In this document: positions 46,133-58,026 of the stretch, in pieces | How positions within the stretch are numbered: position 1 is the first letter of the stretch | How the letters are laid out: each line of letters starts with the position of its first letter | DNA from: Epithemia pelagica | Taxonomy: Eukaryota > Protista > Bacillariophyta | Length of the DNA stretch: 64,000 nucleotides | Assembly (NCBI GenBank): GCA_946965045.2 | Contig: OX337231.1 | Span: forward strand, 2,914,001 to 2,978,000 | Reading direction: 5' to 3' | The notes under the pieces: model-generated | Database searches by the model: none | What the model was told of the DNA's origin: nothing | Seen by the model: only the letters and a program-made list of their open reading frames with translations | Made by a program: the position numbers and the translations under genes

Positions 46133-48430
46133 GAGAGAGAAAAGCCTTCAAGTATAACGTTCAATGAGGGGACTATGCTTCTCTGAAATGATCACAGATT
46201 CTTTCCGGTCCATTGAAATTGAACTCCATCCGTCGAATTCGAAACCCACACACAAGTCGGATGACGGATGTGCCACTCGATCCTCGATCTTCTTTCGTGA
46301 TCGACTCTTGATTCTTGATGTATGGAAAACTCATGACTTGAGTCTGGTATGACGCATTGAGTCATGATTAATGCGTATTGATCCTTCCACGTCAAGCACC
46401 CATGAGGAATTTTGGGGGCTTTGGGGGATTGTAGAAAATGCCGGCTGGCGCAAGTTTCAAGACCACTTTGAGACATACTATGATTACACCTTACCTTTCC
46501 TAACGTTTTATGACAGAAAGCGTTGAAATTCCATTGTTGAGCGTGGAGCATCGAGGTCCACTTGTACTTACAATCAATTCAGCATGTGCATTTATTTCAA
46601 GATGCCAAAAGTTCCAGCCACAAAACGAACAACTCCTACTCGTAAACCCAAACACCATCACCATGATACTAGAGAACGCCATTCAAGAGTTCACGAGCGA
46701 AGCTGATCTCTTTGATCGATTGGAATGACATTCAGAAGGCGAACGGCTGAACGGCTGCTTCACGAGGATACCACCGGGGACCAGGATTCCTTCTAGATCG
46801 TGGTTCTCAGCCATGGGGGCTCAAGCACATGGTCATTGGATTTGACAAGTTCGGGCATCATCACCGATTTCTAAAAGGAAGTCTGGGACAAGCGGACTGA
46901 GTACATATTTGCCTTCTGGTTGATGCATTTGAACTACAATCTTTGTGTTTCTTCCTTCGGGCTTGCGATACCTTGTCCTTCAGCCCTACAGTCCATCCAG
47001 AACTCGCCAACTTTGTAAGTTTCTCAATGTTTTGTCTTTGATGAAAAGTCCATCTTTATTCTAATCTCTAGCTCGATTCGAATCGCCTCATGATGTTGCA
47101 TGGCTCGTTTTTCCCACTGTGTGGGTTGTATCCCATCGAAGAAAGTTGTTTGTGGTCTTGAGAACGCTACGAACAATGAACACCCATCGGGACTTGGATC
47201 ATGGGAACCCTCACGAAGACGTCGACAGATACAATTGTTCCCTTACCGAGATGTGTGGGTACGGAATGATCTTTCGGTGAAAGAAAAGTTTAATTCGATT
47301 ATGTCTGCGGTTCTTGTTCGTTTCAAAATGAAGGATCAAGTATCATGGCCGCATTTCATCTTCGCCGTCTTTGGTTTGGTCAAGTGAATCGATTATTATT
47401 GTTGTGCTATCCCATCTACCCCTACAAGAAATTGCACGTGGTGAGGACGCGATACGGACTCTCCAGAAACTACTGTGATATGTTGCTATGATCGGCTAAG
47501 ATGGGACACATGCACCTCGTTCGACAAGCTACAAATCTCGGGTGATTCGACCTTTCATGGGTGGTCGCAGGAATGAGGAGACGTGAAAGAGAAGTTTGCT
47601 TACAGAGTCATGTTTCAATCTTGCTTCAAAAGGCCCTCCACATGGTCTTTTTGTTTCTTTTTCCAACGGTCCATACTCACAATGAATGTTGCATACATGG
47701 GTTTGGTACAATGGCTTGGTGCCATGTTCGTCTAGCCTACCGACTCTTTGGACTTTCATATGGGTCGGTCCCGGCTACCTGCTATTCATTACCTCCATAG
47801 TTTTTCCGGGGGACATGGAGAAAGACTGAGTTGGAAAAGTACCTACGTGGGGTTGTCATTGGGGATCCCCTTGCCGCCCACGTTCGCCAAATCTCTCCCC
47901 TATTGTATCCGTTAGCGTGGTAGGAGATCATCCCCCTGAAACTCCAAGGGCGGGTTAGATGATCCCGCGTTCCACTTGGACCATGTGGTTGTTAGTGGAA
48001 GTCTTGTCATCAGATATCCAACAAGCGGGAACTTCGATCGACAACATGAAATTCCCTAATTTGGGGGATTTGTCACCATTTGTACTCTTCATGCTATACT
48101 GGTGAGAGGTGGATGGAATGTCGACCCATTCACGTAAGGATCTGGCAAAGATCGCTTCTGAAACCTGAGCGCTCGGGTCAAAATGACGGCCCTAACCGTA
48201 ATGATCAAAAATCATGTGAAACGCTTCAGAGTGGCATCTACGCGAAGTGTTCTCCTGTTGGGCTTCTTCTTTGAGGGTACTCTTCCGGCGTCGCGCCGGA
48301 GCAGAGAAAAGAAGCCGTTTGAGCTTCAGGCTGTCATCTCCACTCCACCTCCTGTTCTCAGGTCTCATTTTCATGGCGCAGTCAAGATTTGCGATTGAGC
48401 TCACATATCCGGAAGAAAGGGGAGGCCATC

Positions 48431-49543
48431 ATGATGTCCAACGAGCATGCTTTGGGAAGCAGCGTACCTGCGAATGTTGTGAGCCATCACGACGATTCAT
48501 GTGGCGACGATGGTCGAAAACGCCGCCATGAGAGTTTGTCCGATACAGACGATGAGAGCGGGGGGAATTCGTCCGCACGAGTCCCAGTGATTGAAACCCT
48601 TCAGCCTCCTTCACCAAACAACACGGCGAATGGACCACCCGCACAGCGGAAAAGAAGAGTGTCTACCGATAGTGAAGTCGTCAACATCCCTCAGGCAAAC
48701 CCGATCGTAAAGTGTATTTCGAAGCCAGGAAAGCACACAAAGAAACCTCAGATGAAGTACGACCCAGATGTACCCATGACGAAAGAAGAAGCCACAATCT
48801 GGAGGCGAGAACAGCGTCGAAAACGCAATCGAGAGAGTGCGGCAGCCAGTCGTCAACGCCAGCGTGATCGCATTTCAGAGTTGGAAGTTGAAGTGGAACA
48901 ATGGAAAGTGAAATACGATCGCATTATGCGTCAGGTTCGAGAACTCGAGCAGTATGCCGGCATTCGGCCTCCTTCCCCTGCTCTCACTTCTCGGGATATT
49001 TTTCGCCGTCGCGCACCTCACCCGTCCATGCGAATGGTGCCAAGGCATCCGCAGAGCGAACACATGATGGGACGAGGATCCACAAGCACGCCCCCATGCC
49101 ACCCTTCAACATCCGCAGCCATTATATCTCCGCGAGCGGTTCACCACCCCTCTATTACAAGCCCGCACCCTCAAGCTGATATGTATCATGGATCTCGATA
49201 CGTGTCGCCCTATTCTTCCCCTCCACCCCAAGATGATTCGAGCTCGGATGAACACGAAGACCACATGGTTGAATACCATGAAGTAGGACAGCGCCCCGAT
49301 CATGACCATTCCTCCAAGATTCCCTCCCGACCTGGAGTGTCGCGAAACATGCCTCCTGGCTTGAATTCAAACGATTCTCTTCTTCCTCCTGATCTTTGCA
49401 TGTCCGAGACCTCCAAGTTGGAGCCCATGGAACAAGCCCTTTTAGAAGAAGCAGCTGACGCTGTCCTTTGCGCGACCACTCGGGGTGAGACAGTTGAACA
49501 TGAGCAGTTTGACAGATTCATGTTTGATGCTCCGGAGTGGTAA
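48431..49543 (+). CDS. bZIP transcription factor (diatom-type KYDP..PM motif)
   Basis: KYDPDVPMTKEEATIWRREQRRKRNRESAAASRQRQRDRISELE followed by a zipper. Confidence 0.9.
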   Translation: MMSNEHALGSSVPANVVSHHDDSCGDDGRKRRHESLSDTDDESGGNSSARVPVIETLQPPSPNNTANGPPAQRKRRVSTDSEVVNIPQANPIVKCISKPGKHTKKPQMKYDPDVPMTKEEATIWRREQRRKRNRESAAASRQRQRDRISELEVEVEQWKVKYDRIMRQVRELEQYAGIRPPSPALTSRDIFRRRAPHPSMRMVPRHPQSEHMMGRGSTSTPPCHPSTSAAIISPRAVHHPSITSPHPQADMYHGSRYVSPYSSPPPQDDSSSDEHEDHMVEYHEVGQRPDHDHSSKIPSRPGVSRNMPPGLNSNDSLLPPDLCMSETSKLEPMEQALLEEAADAVLCATTRGETVEHEQFDRFMFDAPEW

Positions 49544-50325
49544 ACTGGTGTTTGGGGATATTCACCTCTTCTATTGTTTTGTGGTTGTGCAGTGTAACTG
49601 GCCGCACTCATTGTATGTTCAAGAAGATATTTCATTTGAGAGACGGAAGCTGTATTTGAATTGCAGTCTTATTCTTCCTGTGTGCCTCTCCTGAAATTGA
49701 CTGTATGTTTCAAAGGAGATCTTTGTCTTTCTCCTTGTGTTTCTGTATCAAAGACAAAACTTATGACATGTTGTTTACATGTAACACATGTCGTTGTGAA
49801 TTAGTCTTCCACTATTGCTACTGTTGATACTGCATCCGCTGGTGGTTTATTTTAACTTCTATTAGTCTGGATAATGTGGATAATAGCAATATTCTTTTAG
49901 CACACATGGTGTCTCAAAAGGCAACAGAACGAATGAAGTCTTCCTTTCCATAGGAACCGGTACCCTCCTGCCTCCAAGGAGCTCATCGCTCGTTCTCATA
50001 CTACCGTCAATGATGTGTCCGTGTCATCAGTCGTGGAGTATTTCGCCGTCTGCTGTACGAGATGCTCCACGACTGCTTCTCAGGACGCTGACAGAAAGGC
50101 GATATTGGATATTGGATAGGATCACGGAATCTGTCTCCATCGCAGAGTTGCTGGTGGGGTGGGTGTTTTGGGCATACACATACAACCAAAAACATGACTA
50201 AGACTATCTCGCCCGGCGACGTACACGTGCAAGGTTCACTACTGGTGGAAAAACGTTAAAAAGAAACAGACATTTTTCACGTGCCCTCAAGAAAAATTTT
50301 GTGACCATGGCGACAAGATGGAAGT

Positions 50326-52635
50326 ATGGCCCCTGGAAATGAATCAAACGACACCACGAACGGGAGCAACACGACAACAAAGGAAGAATGCTTAGATGAT
50401 GGAAAAAGAAAGCAATTGTTGGAAATGAAGCAACCGAATAAAGTCCGTCGTCGATATCGTGGACGGTCGCAGCAATGCCGTCATCGTGATCCACCACTGA
50501 AGAGGAAGAACCAGCATTTCCTGGTCGACGACAGCAGCATGGCATTCTTGGACAGTGAGAGAAAGCAACGTGAGCTACAAGCACAGGCATATGCCGGGTC
50601 AAGGACTCAAGATTCCCGCTCCCTGATCGATCTTCTGGTTGAACGTGAAAGCGAGTCATCCTTCTCTCGTTTCCAGTGGCAGCGTCGCATGCTATTCGAG
50701 AACGTCAGCGAGAGCGCCAAACTGAAACTTAATAAGAGCAGTCAGCCAAGTACCTCTTCTGGCCAAGCGTGTAGATCATGGATCGAGCAGGAAATTCCTT
50801 TCACTGCTTTGGAGACTGACATATCCGTTGCCATTTTAGCTTTGGAAGGCAACGGTGGATCCTATGCGATTGGACTTACACAGACACCCTCCCCAGATTC
50901 TAGACGGCATGATATGGAGAATCACCCAAGGCTTCAAGTGATGCCTCCAACTCTTGCTGTTCATCTGTATGGACTACCCAGCTGCAATTCCTTTGCCCAA
51001 AAGCGTCGATTTGACGTGCGGAAACATCACTACAACAGACGAGGGTCTTCTCGAACCTCTGTGGCACCAAAGCTAATGACTATCCCCTTGACGTATGAGG
51101 ATGACGATGAGCTACATTTCTCGTGGATGGGAAGAAGTACCAGCAATGGTCGTCACTCGGACTCAGTCCCTCGACAACGAATACAAGCTCCATCATTGGA
51201 CCCCGAACCATTTGAGTTTGAGCACCTCTATGGCCAACAACTGAACAAATGTGTAGATTTTTGTATTTCCAGTGATTGGAGGGTAGGGCTCGCTATTGTT
51301 TGGACTCCCCGAAATCTTCGTTCAATGAACATGCGAAAGACAAAGGATGCGCCGACGACAACGACAAGAATGGCGTCTCTCGTTCTGTTTTCATTGATAA
51401 AAGCCAGATATTCAAATTACTTTCATCACGCTATCGACCTTGGTCGGGAACAACGTGATACTTCAGTGTTCCGCGCGATGCAGGTCTCGGTTTCGACGAC
51501 ATTTGGGATAAAGAGAGGCGGGTGCAATTTGTTATGGAAAGCCGCACAAGTGCCTTCCAATGCCCATAAATCCAATATCTGGAAGATTGACCAAATATGC
51601 GAAGTCCCTGCCTATCTGTTGCTCATTGATGATGCTGAGGGATACAGAATGGTATGGATAGCAGAATCCGAGTGGTCGATAAACTATCGCTCTGTCCAAG
51701 AAGACGAGTCTATCGATCCAGCTCAACTATTTCTGGGTCACGACACTCCTGGTGGAAATCTGCGTTGGCGACGACCTGCGAGGCCGGTTCTTATCCCCAT
51801 TTCGACAGCTGAACCGCCCTATTGGAACGAACGTGTTTGTCATGTTCAAAATGGAGTAACATGGGATTCTACCGAATATGAGGACAATGATATGGAACCT
51901 CACGGCCCACGGATTTCAAAACCTGTCCGTAGAAGAGGTCACATTCGAATCACTGAAGAATGTCAGCTGTTGGTTCTTTCTCTCCTTTCAGATATACTCG
52001 AACGTCGTCCCTCCCTGCGGAAGGCCGCCTCAACAGTTCCCTCTCGACAGCCGTTTCATCTAAACATTCCTGACTATGCGTATGAACTTGTTTCTACATG
52101 TTGCAAAGGCCGAGTGGTCAAACTCGTTCTTGGTTTTCCCACTGCAGCTACTACGACTACAAGGAAGAATGAAAATACAGGTCTTCTCGTCCACCAGGGA
52201 AAAGACAAGAATTGCTTAGACCGATATGTGGCTGTTCTTCTTGCCTTGGACATATGGACTCAGCAGTATTGTGAAATTCAGTGGGTAAAAGTTTCACGAG
52301 GGACGGGATCCTCATCCGATGGTATCAATTCACCATCATTGTCTACACGCATTCAAAACCTTGCATTTGAATTTCGGACGAAAGAAATTTTTGGAACATG
52401 CCAAACCGAACAAAGTGGCGAGGTGCATCAAGTCAAACCACATGATGAAGAATCCGATATGGACACCCTCGCTTGCAATCGAAGGCAATCTTTTGTTTCC
52501 CTGGAGTCGCGAGACGGCGCTTCACATAGTTCTCTTTACCCGGACTGTGATGCATTCTCCAACCGAAATGTTCTGCGTGGTCTACCTGTCATGTCCATAT
52601 CTTGCAGGGCTCCTGTAAGACTAATCTACGGATAG
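50326..52635 (+). CDS. Uncharacterised 769-aa protein
   Basis: Long uninterrupted ORF; I recognise no motif. Confidence 0.6.
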   Translation: MAPGNESNDTTNGSNTTTKEECLDDGKRKQLLEMKQPNKVRRRYRGRSQQCRHRDPPLKRKNQHFLVDDSSMAFLDSERKQRELQAQAYAGSRTQDSRSLIDLLVERESESSFSRFQWQRRMLFENVSESAKLKLNKSSQPSTSSGQACRSWIEQEIPFTALETDISVAILALEGNGGSYAIGLTQTPSPDSRRHDMENHPRLQVMPPTLAVHLYGLPSCNSFAQKRRFDVRKHHYNRRGSSRTSVAPKLMTIPLTYEDDDELHFSWMGRSTSNGRHSDSVPRQRIQAPSLDPEPFEFEHLYGQQLNKCVDFCISSDWRVGLAIVWTPRNLRSMNMRKTKDAPTTTTRMASLVLFSLIKARYSNYFHHAIDLGREQRDTSVFRAMQVSVSTTFGIKRGGCNLLWKAAQVPSNAHKSNIWKIDQICEVPAYLLLIDDAEGYRMVWIAESEWSINYRSVQEDESIDPAQLFLGHDTPGGNLRWRRPARPVLIPISTAEPPYWNERVCHVQNGVTWDSTEYEDNDMEPHGPRISKPVRRRGHIRITEECQLLVLSLLSDILERRPSLRKAASTVPSRQPFHLNIPDYAYELVSTCCKGRVVKLVLGFPTAATTTTRKNENTGLLVHQGKDKNCLDRYVAVLLALDIWTQQYCEIQWVKVSRGTGSSSDGINSPSLSTRIQNLAFEFRTKEIFGTCQTEQSGEVHQVKPHDEESDMDTLACNRRQSFVSLESRDGASHSSLYPDCDAFSNRNVLRGLPVMSISCRAPVRLIYG

Positions 52636-52822
52636 GAACATTCATTAGACTCGGAATATGTAATGATGGTTTTCCTGTTCGATAAACAGTTCGATAAACA
52701 GACAAGTGTGTATATGCATATGCTATGATGAGGTAAGGAATTAGAGTTGTCAGAAAGACAGTACAAGAAGCGGAGTTCATAGCCATGTATGGCAATAGTT
52801 CCCTTATTCCCAGAGACTCAGA

Positions 52823-53583
52823 TCATGTGGATTTGCCAGATGCCTTTTGGACGTTTCTGAAGTTTACTCCTGTAACTTGACAAACTATGACATGCAAAGC
52901 TGAGATTGACATATGCATTGAAAGACAGGAAATAGCGAACGTAACTTACTGGACGGGTTGAGGTCAGAAAGATAATAAAGCTTGGATTTCCTGCGTTTCA
53001 TGTTCGTTCCTCTGTAGGCATAGTCCCTTTGCAAAATCGTGAGCGATCGAACCAAAGGAGAGTGAAGAGGGATTTTTCGCTCAACTGGCGAGCCCGAGAT
53101 GACATCACGAATCAGGATCGAATGGTCGATTCTCTTCTTGAAAATGCCAATAATGACTCCCCGTATTTTCTCCTTGTCTCTTGGGTTCGTTGTGTCGACA
53201 CCTCCCTGAAGAACGATTTCTAACTCTACCGCGTCTCCCACCCTGAAATTTTCCTCCCAAACTTTTGGAGTCTCTGCTTTCGCCTTGGCAATAGCTTCAT
53301 TCTGAAGTAGTTCATACAATTTGTTTGCTCTTTTCTTGGGAGATACAAATTTAGGAGTTTTGTACCGAGGTCGCTGACCGTGATGGCGAAATGAGTTTTT
53401 TGCAAAGCGGGGATCCGGCTCCTCTTCTACTTCCACAGGGGCACCTCGATCGATATCAAAGGCCGTGAACTTAAACTTGAACGAAGCAACAAGCGCTGCT
53501 TGGATGTTCAGCCGATCCAATGCTGCAGGCTTGATGGCTTGATTTCGAAGCCTTCCACAGAGAGTTCGCAGCATATTTGACAA
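52823..53583 (-). CDS. MRPL19: Mitochondrial ribosomal protein L19; exons 53583-52950 and about 52875-52823
   Basis: FRVGDAVEL, IRGVIIG...IDHSILIRDV...VERKIPLHSPLV and RRKSKLYYL. Arg/Leu-rich mitochondrial presequence. The acceptor could lie 6 nt further downstream. Confidence 0.85.
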
Positions 53584-53973
53584 GCCTTATCTCTTTCGTG
53601 TGAGACTACAGAGTCTACGAATGTCAGCAAAAAAATATGGCAAGATGATTCTGGATTCTGGGTTTGTTCGGTGAAGACACCGCGGAAGACACAACAAAAG
53701 CATTCGGTAACCTGCCTTTGCTTTTGCTGTGTGGTGGAGAATTTTTTGGGTAGACAGACAGACCTCCATCGGACGAAAGCCAGACGATAGATATCCCAAA
53801 GATCCCCATCGCTCAAAGATCGAACTCATTCATCTGATGCCAACGACGTTACCAACGATGGAAGAATGCTGATTTGTTCGCAACTTGAGAGGCGCATAAA
53901 TAATAATAGAGCACAAGGATTACAAGTATCTGTCAATTGAGGGTTGCGCAGATCATGAGCGAGTAGTCAGAAA

Positions 53974-55398
53974 ATGGAACGATTCATAGATGGGCGTTCA
54001 GAAGCCGAACTTTTGAAGCTGGCGGAACGTCAAACTGGAAAGAAGACAACTCCATCACACATCCTTCAGAATGAAGAGAAGGTTCCAACGTTTGTTCTTT
54101 CAGGCAAGTGCATGAGCCGTGATGAAGATCGTGTGGACACGCTCAATGCCAATGACTGATACTAATGTTCATGCAGAGCTTACAATAGGTGAAGAGATTG
54201 GACGAGGGGGGTTTTGCGTCGTGCATGACTTGACGAGAATCTCTCCATGTGCTGTTGTGGAAGGGAAAACTGAGAAGCACACTGGCAGTGGTTTCCTGAA
54301 AAATATCAGTAAGTCTGACAGGTAATTGAGTTTGAGCCCGTACTTGTTCTCAAGAACTCACGTTTCCTAGGACGGTCATTTGATAAGACTTTTGGCGGTT
54401 CAAGTCTTTCCAGGAATGTACAAAGTAATAATATTGACTTGTCAAAGGAGAAAGTGGACGAGCAACAAGATGACGATCATCACAGTCGTGCACGTTCTTA
54501 TCTAGCGTCCACTTGCACTCGACAAGGAGAACAGTCCCGTTATGTGATAAAAATGATACAGAAATCCTCGCGAAAGAAAGCTGAGGCATTCGTTCAAAGT
54601 GTTATGGATATAGCTCTAGAAGCTCGATACCTTGCGGTGCTCAAGCATCCTCACATTATCAGAATGAGAGCAATGTCTTCATACTCGCCGTTCTTAACGG
54701 GTCAGACATTCTTTAGTGTGCTGGACAAACTTAAAACGATTCTTTCTACAAGACTGCTGTCATGGAAGAAACAAATACCGAATCACTTCCTCTTCTGCTG
54801 CTTTGTGGAAGAACCAAAGGATTTCTGGATCGAACGAATGCTTGTTGCTTATTTCCTATCGTCGGCTTTGTCATACCTTCACAAGGCAAAAATAGTTTAT
54901 CGTGATCTCAAGCCTGACAATGTGGGTTTTGATTTTCGTGGAGATGTCAAGCTGTTTGATTTTGGTCTTGCACGTGAACTCCAGAGAAAGCTTCTTACCA
55001 ATGAAGGAACGTTTCTGTTGACTGGTGGAACTGGATTCCCACCGTACATGGCGCCGGAAGTTGCGCTTCACAAACCGTACAATGAGAGCTGCGATGTGTA
55101 TTCATTCAGTATGCTTTTATGGCAGGTGCTAAAGGTTGAGGTACCGTTTGGTGCCGAACTTGATGAACGCGTCTTCCTCAATGTTGTGGTGAAAGGAGGG
55201 GCCCGGCCAGTGGTAGAGACAAGGTGGCCAGATGCAATCAAACAATGCATAGAACTTGGGTGGAGCAAAAATATTCGTGAAAGGCCAAGTATGTCATGTG
55301 TCTCTGAGATATTGCACAGTAATATTGTTGACGAGATAAACCCAGAAGAAGAGGATCTGCTTCGAATATTACGACTCTTCGAGAAGAAGTACAACTGA
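53974..55398 (+). CDS. Protein kinase (TKL-like, diatom-expanded type); exons 53974-54103, 54177-54308 and 54371-55398
   Basis: IGRGGFCVV, YVIK, YRDLKPDNVGFD, VKLFDFGLARE, YMAPEV and DVYSFSMLLW. Confidence 0.9.
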
Positions 55399-56025
55399 AA
55401 GGCTCTGAACGCCTCCTTTCACTATTTGGCGGCTTGTCGGTGAAAGATACTTTTTTACAACAATGCATATTCTTGTCATGTCTGACGGTGAGTAATAGCA
55501 AAGACAGTGTTTATGTGCTCTGAATTCAAGCTTCTTACTTCCTCATCAAATCCATCGATGAAGGTCGCGATTGTTGTTCACTGTGCTCGCGAGTAGACCG
55601 CACCACATATAAAGCTCCGTGTTGTTGTCAGCTGTGCTCTTGATTAGACGCCGAAACAAGCCCATTGTGATCTGTGATGGAAAAGATACGAACTCGGCTA
55701 TTGGGGTGCTTCGAAATCGCTCATCTTTGACTCTAGTAGCTCGCCTTGAAGATGGTTGGACCCCATTTCTCCATCGGCGTCATCGCATGGCCATCTACTC
55801 AGAAATGCTTTACAGAGCCCTATTGGATGACTTCTGCTGTCGAAGAAAGATAAAGACAGAGTTTCGTTCTGGGTGGACCTTTTCGTCTAAGCCATCGAGA
55901 TGAATGCCCAAACTGGGAGACAGTCATGAAGATGATCAATGTTCCAGAACTATGGCCATAATCAAGAAGGGAATCCGCTTTACCAGGGTGAAAAGGGAGG
56001 GAAGAGATACATGGCTTAGTTACTT

Positions 56026-56748
56026 CTAGAGGAGTAGGAGTAGGAGTATCATATATGGCTACAAGGTTCCTCGTACGTCGCGTCAATGGATTTCCGTGGA
56101 CGTGACGGATTGACGGTGGACGTTGACGTAGACGTTGAGAGACGCTGAGAGACGTTGACAGCGGAGATGACTAGGATAGATACTTGCATTAATACACATC
56201 GTTGAAGCTATCCTTGTTACTGGTGCTAAAGACCCCTCCATCCTTCATTCTTATTGCCTCTTCCTTTGCCATACTATGCTTGATGACACCAAATAGGCGA
56301 TAGGCAGAGGAATGTCTTCTAGTGTCACGTGTGTATGTTGTTGATTGGCTAGTGAGTCCCGTCCGGACGTTTCAGTGTTGTGTAAGAGATCACGGGTTGG
56401 GGGGACAAATGCATCTGCATGCTGGTTACCTTGTCTATGATGAATAATTTACATCAGGATTGCTAAAACACACTTGAAATGAACGTAAGGAGTGGCATGG
56501 ATGGCAGTATATTAAAGGTAGGTTGCTGTTCTTCAACGTCGCGTCTACGTCAATAGATTTTGGGAGACGTGACGAGCTGACCCTGGTCACGTCACGTCCA
56601 ACGTCAAATACGTCACTTTACGTCGACCGAGGAACCTTGATGGCTATGTGGTAATGGTATCTCAGTTCTGGGTAGCAACAAGTCGCACTTGCGCAATCTC
56701 CGGGTCGCTTGATGACGCACTTACATTCACGTTTCACGTGCCATCAGA
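56026..56748 (+). repeat. Left copy of a ~130-bp direct repeat, interrupted by a MITE
   Basis: 56026-56061 plus 56640-56748 align with 62514-62644. The core 56666-56728 matches 62567-62629 at 62/63 nt. Confidence 0.9.
56062..56639. mobile_element. 578-bp non-autonomous TIR element (MITE) with P-superfamily-like ends
   Basis: Perfect 12-bp TIR CAAGGTTCCTCG (56062-56073 and 56628-56639). 7-bp TSD ATGGCTA (56055-56061 and 56640-56646). Subterminal GACGT arrays in inverted orientation. Empty site at 62531-62537. Confidence 0.9.
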
Positions 56749-57084
56749 TTGTTCTGGACTATGGACGCAACCCATGTCGCAGGTCGCAGGAGCGTTTTTG
56801 GAAAAATCGTCTGTCATTCTGACGCGTCAAAACAACATGAGGAGGCGAGGACTAGCTCCCGCACATAAGAAATTTTTTGCCCCAAACCTTAATCTAGGTG
56901 AACGATATGGATAGTCATGGGCACCAAGAAACGAATCAAATATATTGAAGTCACATACAATGAGCCCTATTTTCACTGACTTTTCGGCGGCGCTGTTTTG
57001 CATTTGGTGCGAAGGCAGAGTACCATAGGCTGTCGAGGGAGCAAGAGTCTCTCTGCGAATGTTCACTTGAGCAGAGATAACCCA

Positions 57085-58026
57085 ATGAACGAGAGCAGAG
57101 GATACCAAGAGAAAGGGTGTTCAGTAGAGGGGTCGGAAGAGGAAAAGAAAGAAGGCACCCCGCAGCAGCAAGGGAATCGCCGCAGCGCGAGTAGCTCGGC
57201 GACGAAAGGGCAGCCGAATCCTTTTGCGAGTGCGCAGGTTGATCTGCCTGCTGTCTTTGTCGGAAAGAAGTACGTTGATGAGAGCTCTTTCTTGAAGGAC
57301 TTGGAACCACACAGTGACCTTCGCATCGTTCTCAACGACCAGGGATACGCAGTCTGGCAAGAAATGCCGGGCGACGGGCATAACACCGGGATGGAAATTA
57401 TTGTCGAGACCTTTCAATCCTGGGCTGCGCGGACACAGTGTGGCGTCAAAGGGAAAGAAAACGTCAACATCCGTCTTACTCGCACCTTCAGCCCAAAACG
57501 AATAGGACGCGAACGACATCCAGATTACGCCCTCTATGGACCCGATCGATTGCTTGGAAAAGTTGTCCGTACTCATCAACTCGCGGGGGAAACAGTTCCA
57601 AAGCTGGAGAATCCTCACGTAGCCATTCAGTTTGGTTGGGCAAATGAGGACACCTACGAAACGTATGCGATCGACGATATGATGAACTATGCTGGGGTTG
57701 GAAAGTACAGTGCGCTCAAGCGCCCCGTAGTGGCATACCTCATTAAAGCCATGTGGAAGGGACAGCGGGGTGAATCCCCTCTTTATGGGTTTAACATCTA
57801 TGAGATCCGACCCGATGGACGCCGTCAAGATGTACAGCCAACGCTCTACCGTGTTGGCGTTGATGGGCAGGAGGAAGGTGTGCAGGTTGTGGTGGCCCCG
57901 GAAGATATGGGAGTGACTGTTACAGAAGACAATGAAGTTGAACCGTTTACGATTGACGTGCATGAAATCCGCCAGGTGATCGAGAGCGTGGGGTTGGGTG
58001 TGTTTGAACCAGAAGACACCGACTAA
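57085..58026 (+). CDS. Uma2-like PD-(D/E)xK restriction-endonuclease-fold protein
   Basis: QEMPGDGH, RHPDYALYG and NPHVAIQFGW resemble the Uma2 motifs (mP..H, PD, P.vviEv). Intronless. The frame is open from 56998. Confidence 0.55.
   Translation: MNESRGYQEKGCSVEGSEEEKKEGTPQQQGNRRSASSSATKGQPNPFASAQVDLPAVFVGKKYVDESSFLKDLEPHSDLRIVLNDQGYAVWQEMPGDGHNTGMEIIVETFQSWAARTQCGVKGKENVNIRLTRTFSPKRIGRERHPDYALYGPDRLLGKVVRTHQLAGETVPKLENPHVAIQFGWANEDTYETYAIDDMMNYAGVGKYSALKRPVVAYLIKAMWKGQRGESPLYGFNIYEIRPDGRRQDVQPTLYRVGVDGQEEGVQVVVAPEDMGVTVTEDNEVEPFTIDVHEIRQVIESVGLGVFEPEDTD

Noticed and set aside
57121-57963. 280-aa antisense ORF opposite the Uma2-like gene
   Set aside because: It has no motifs, and the plus strand carries the recognisable nuclease-like motifs.
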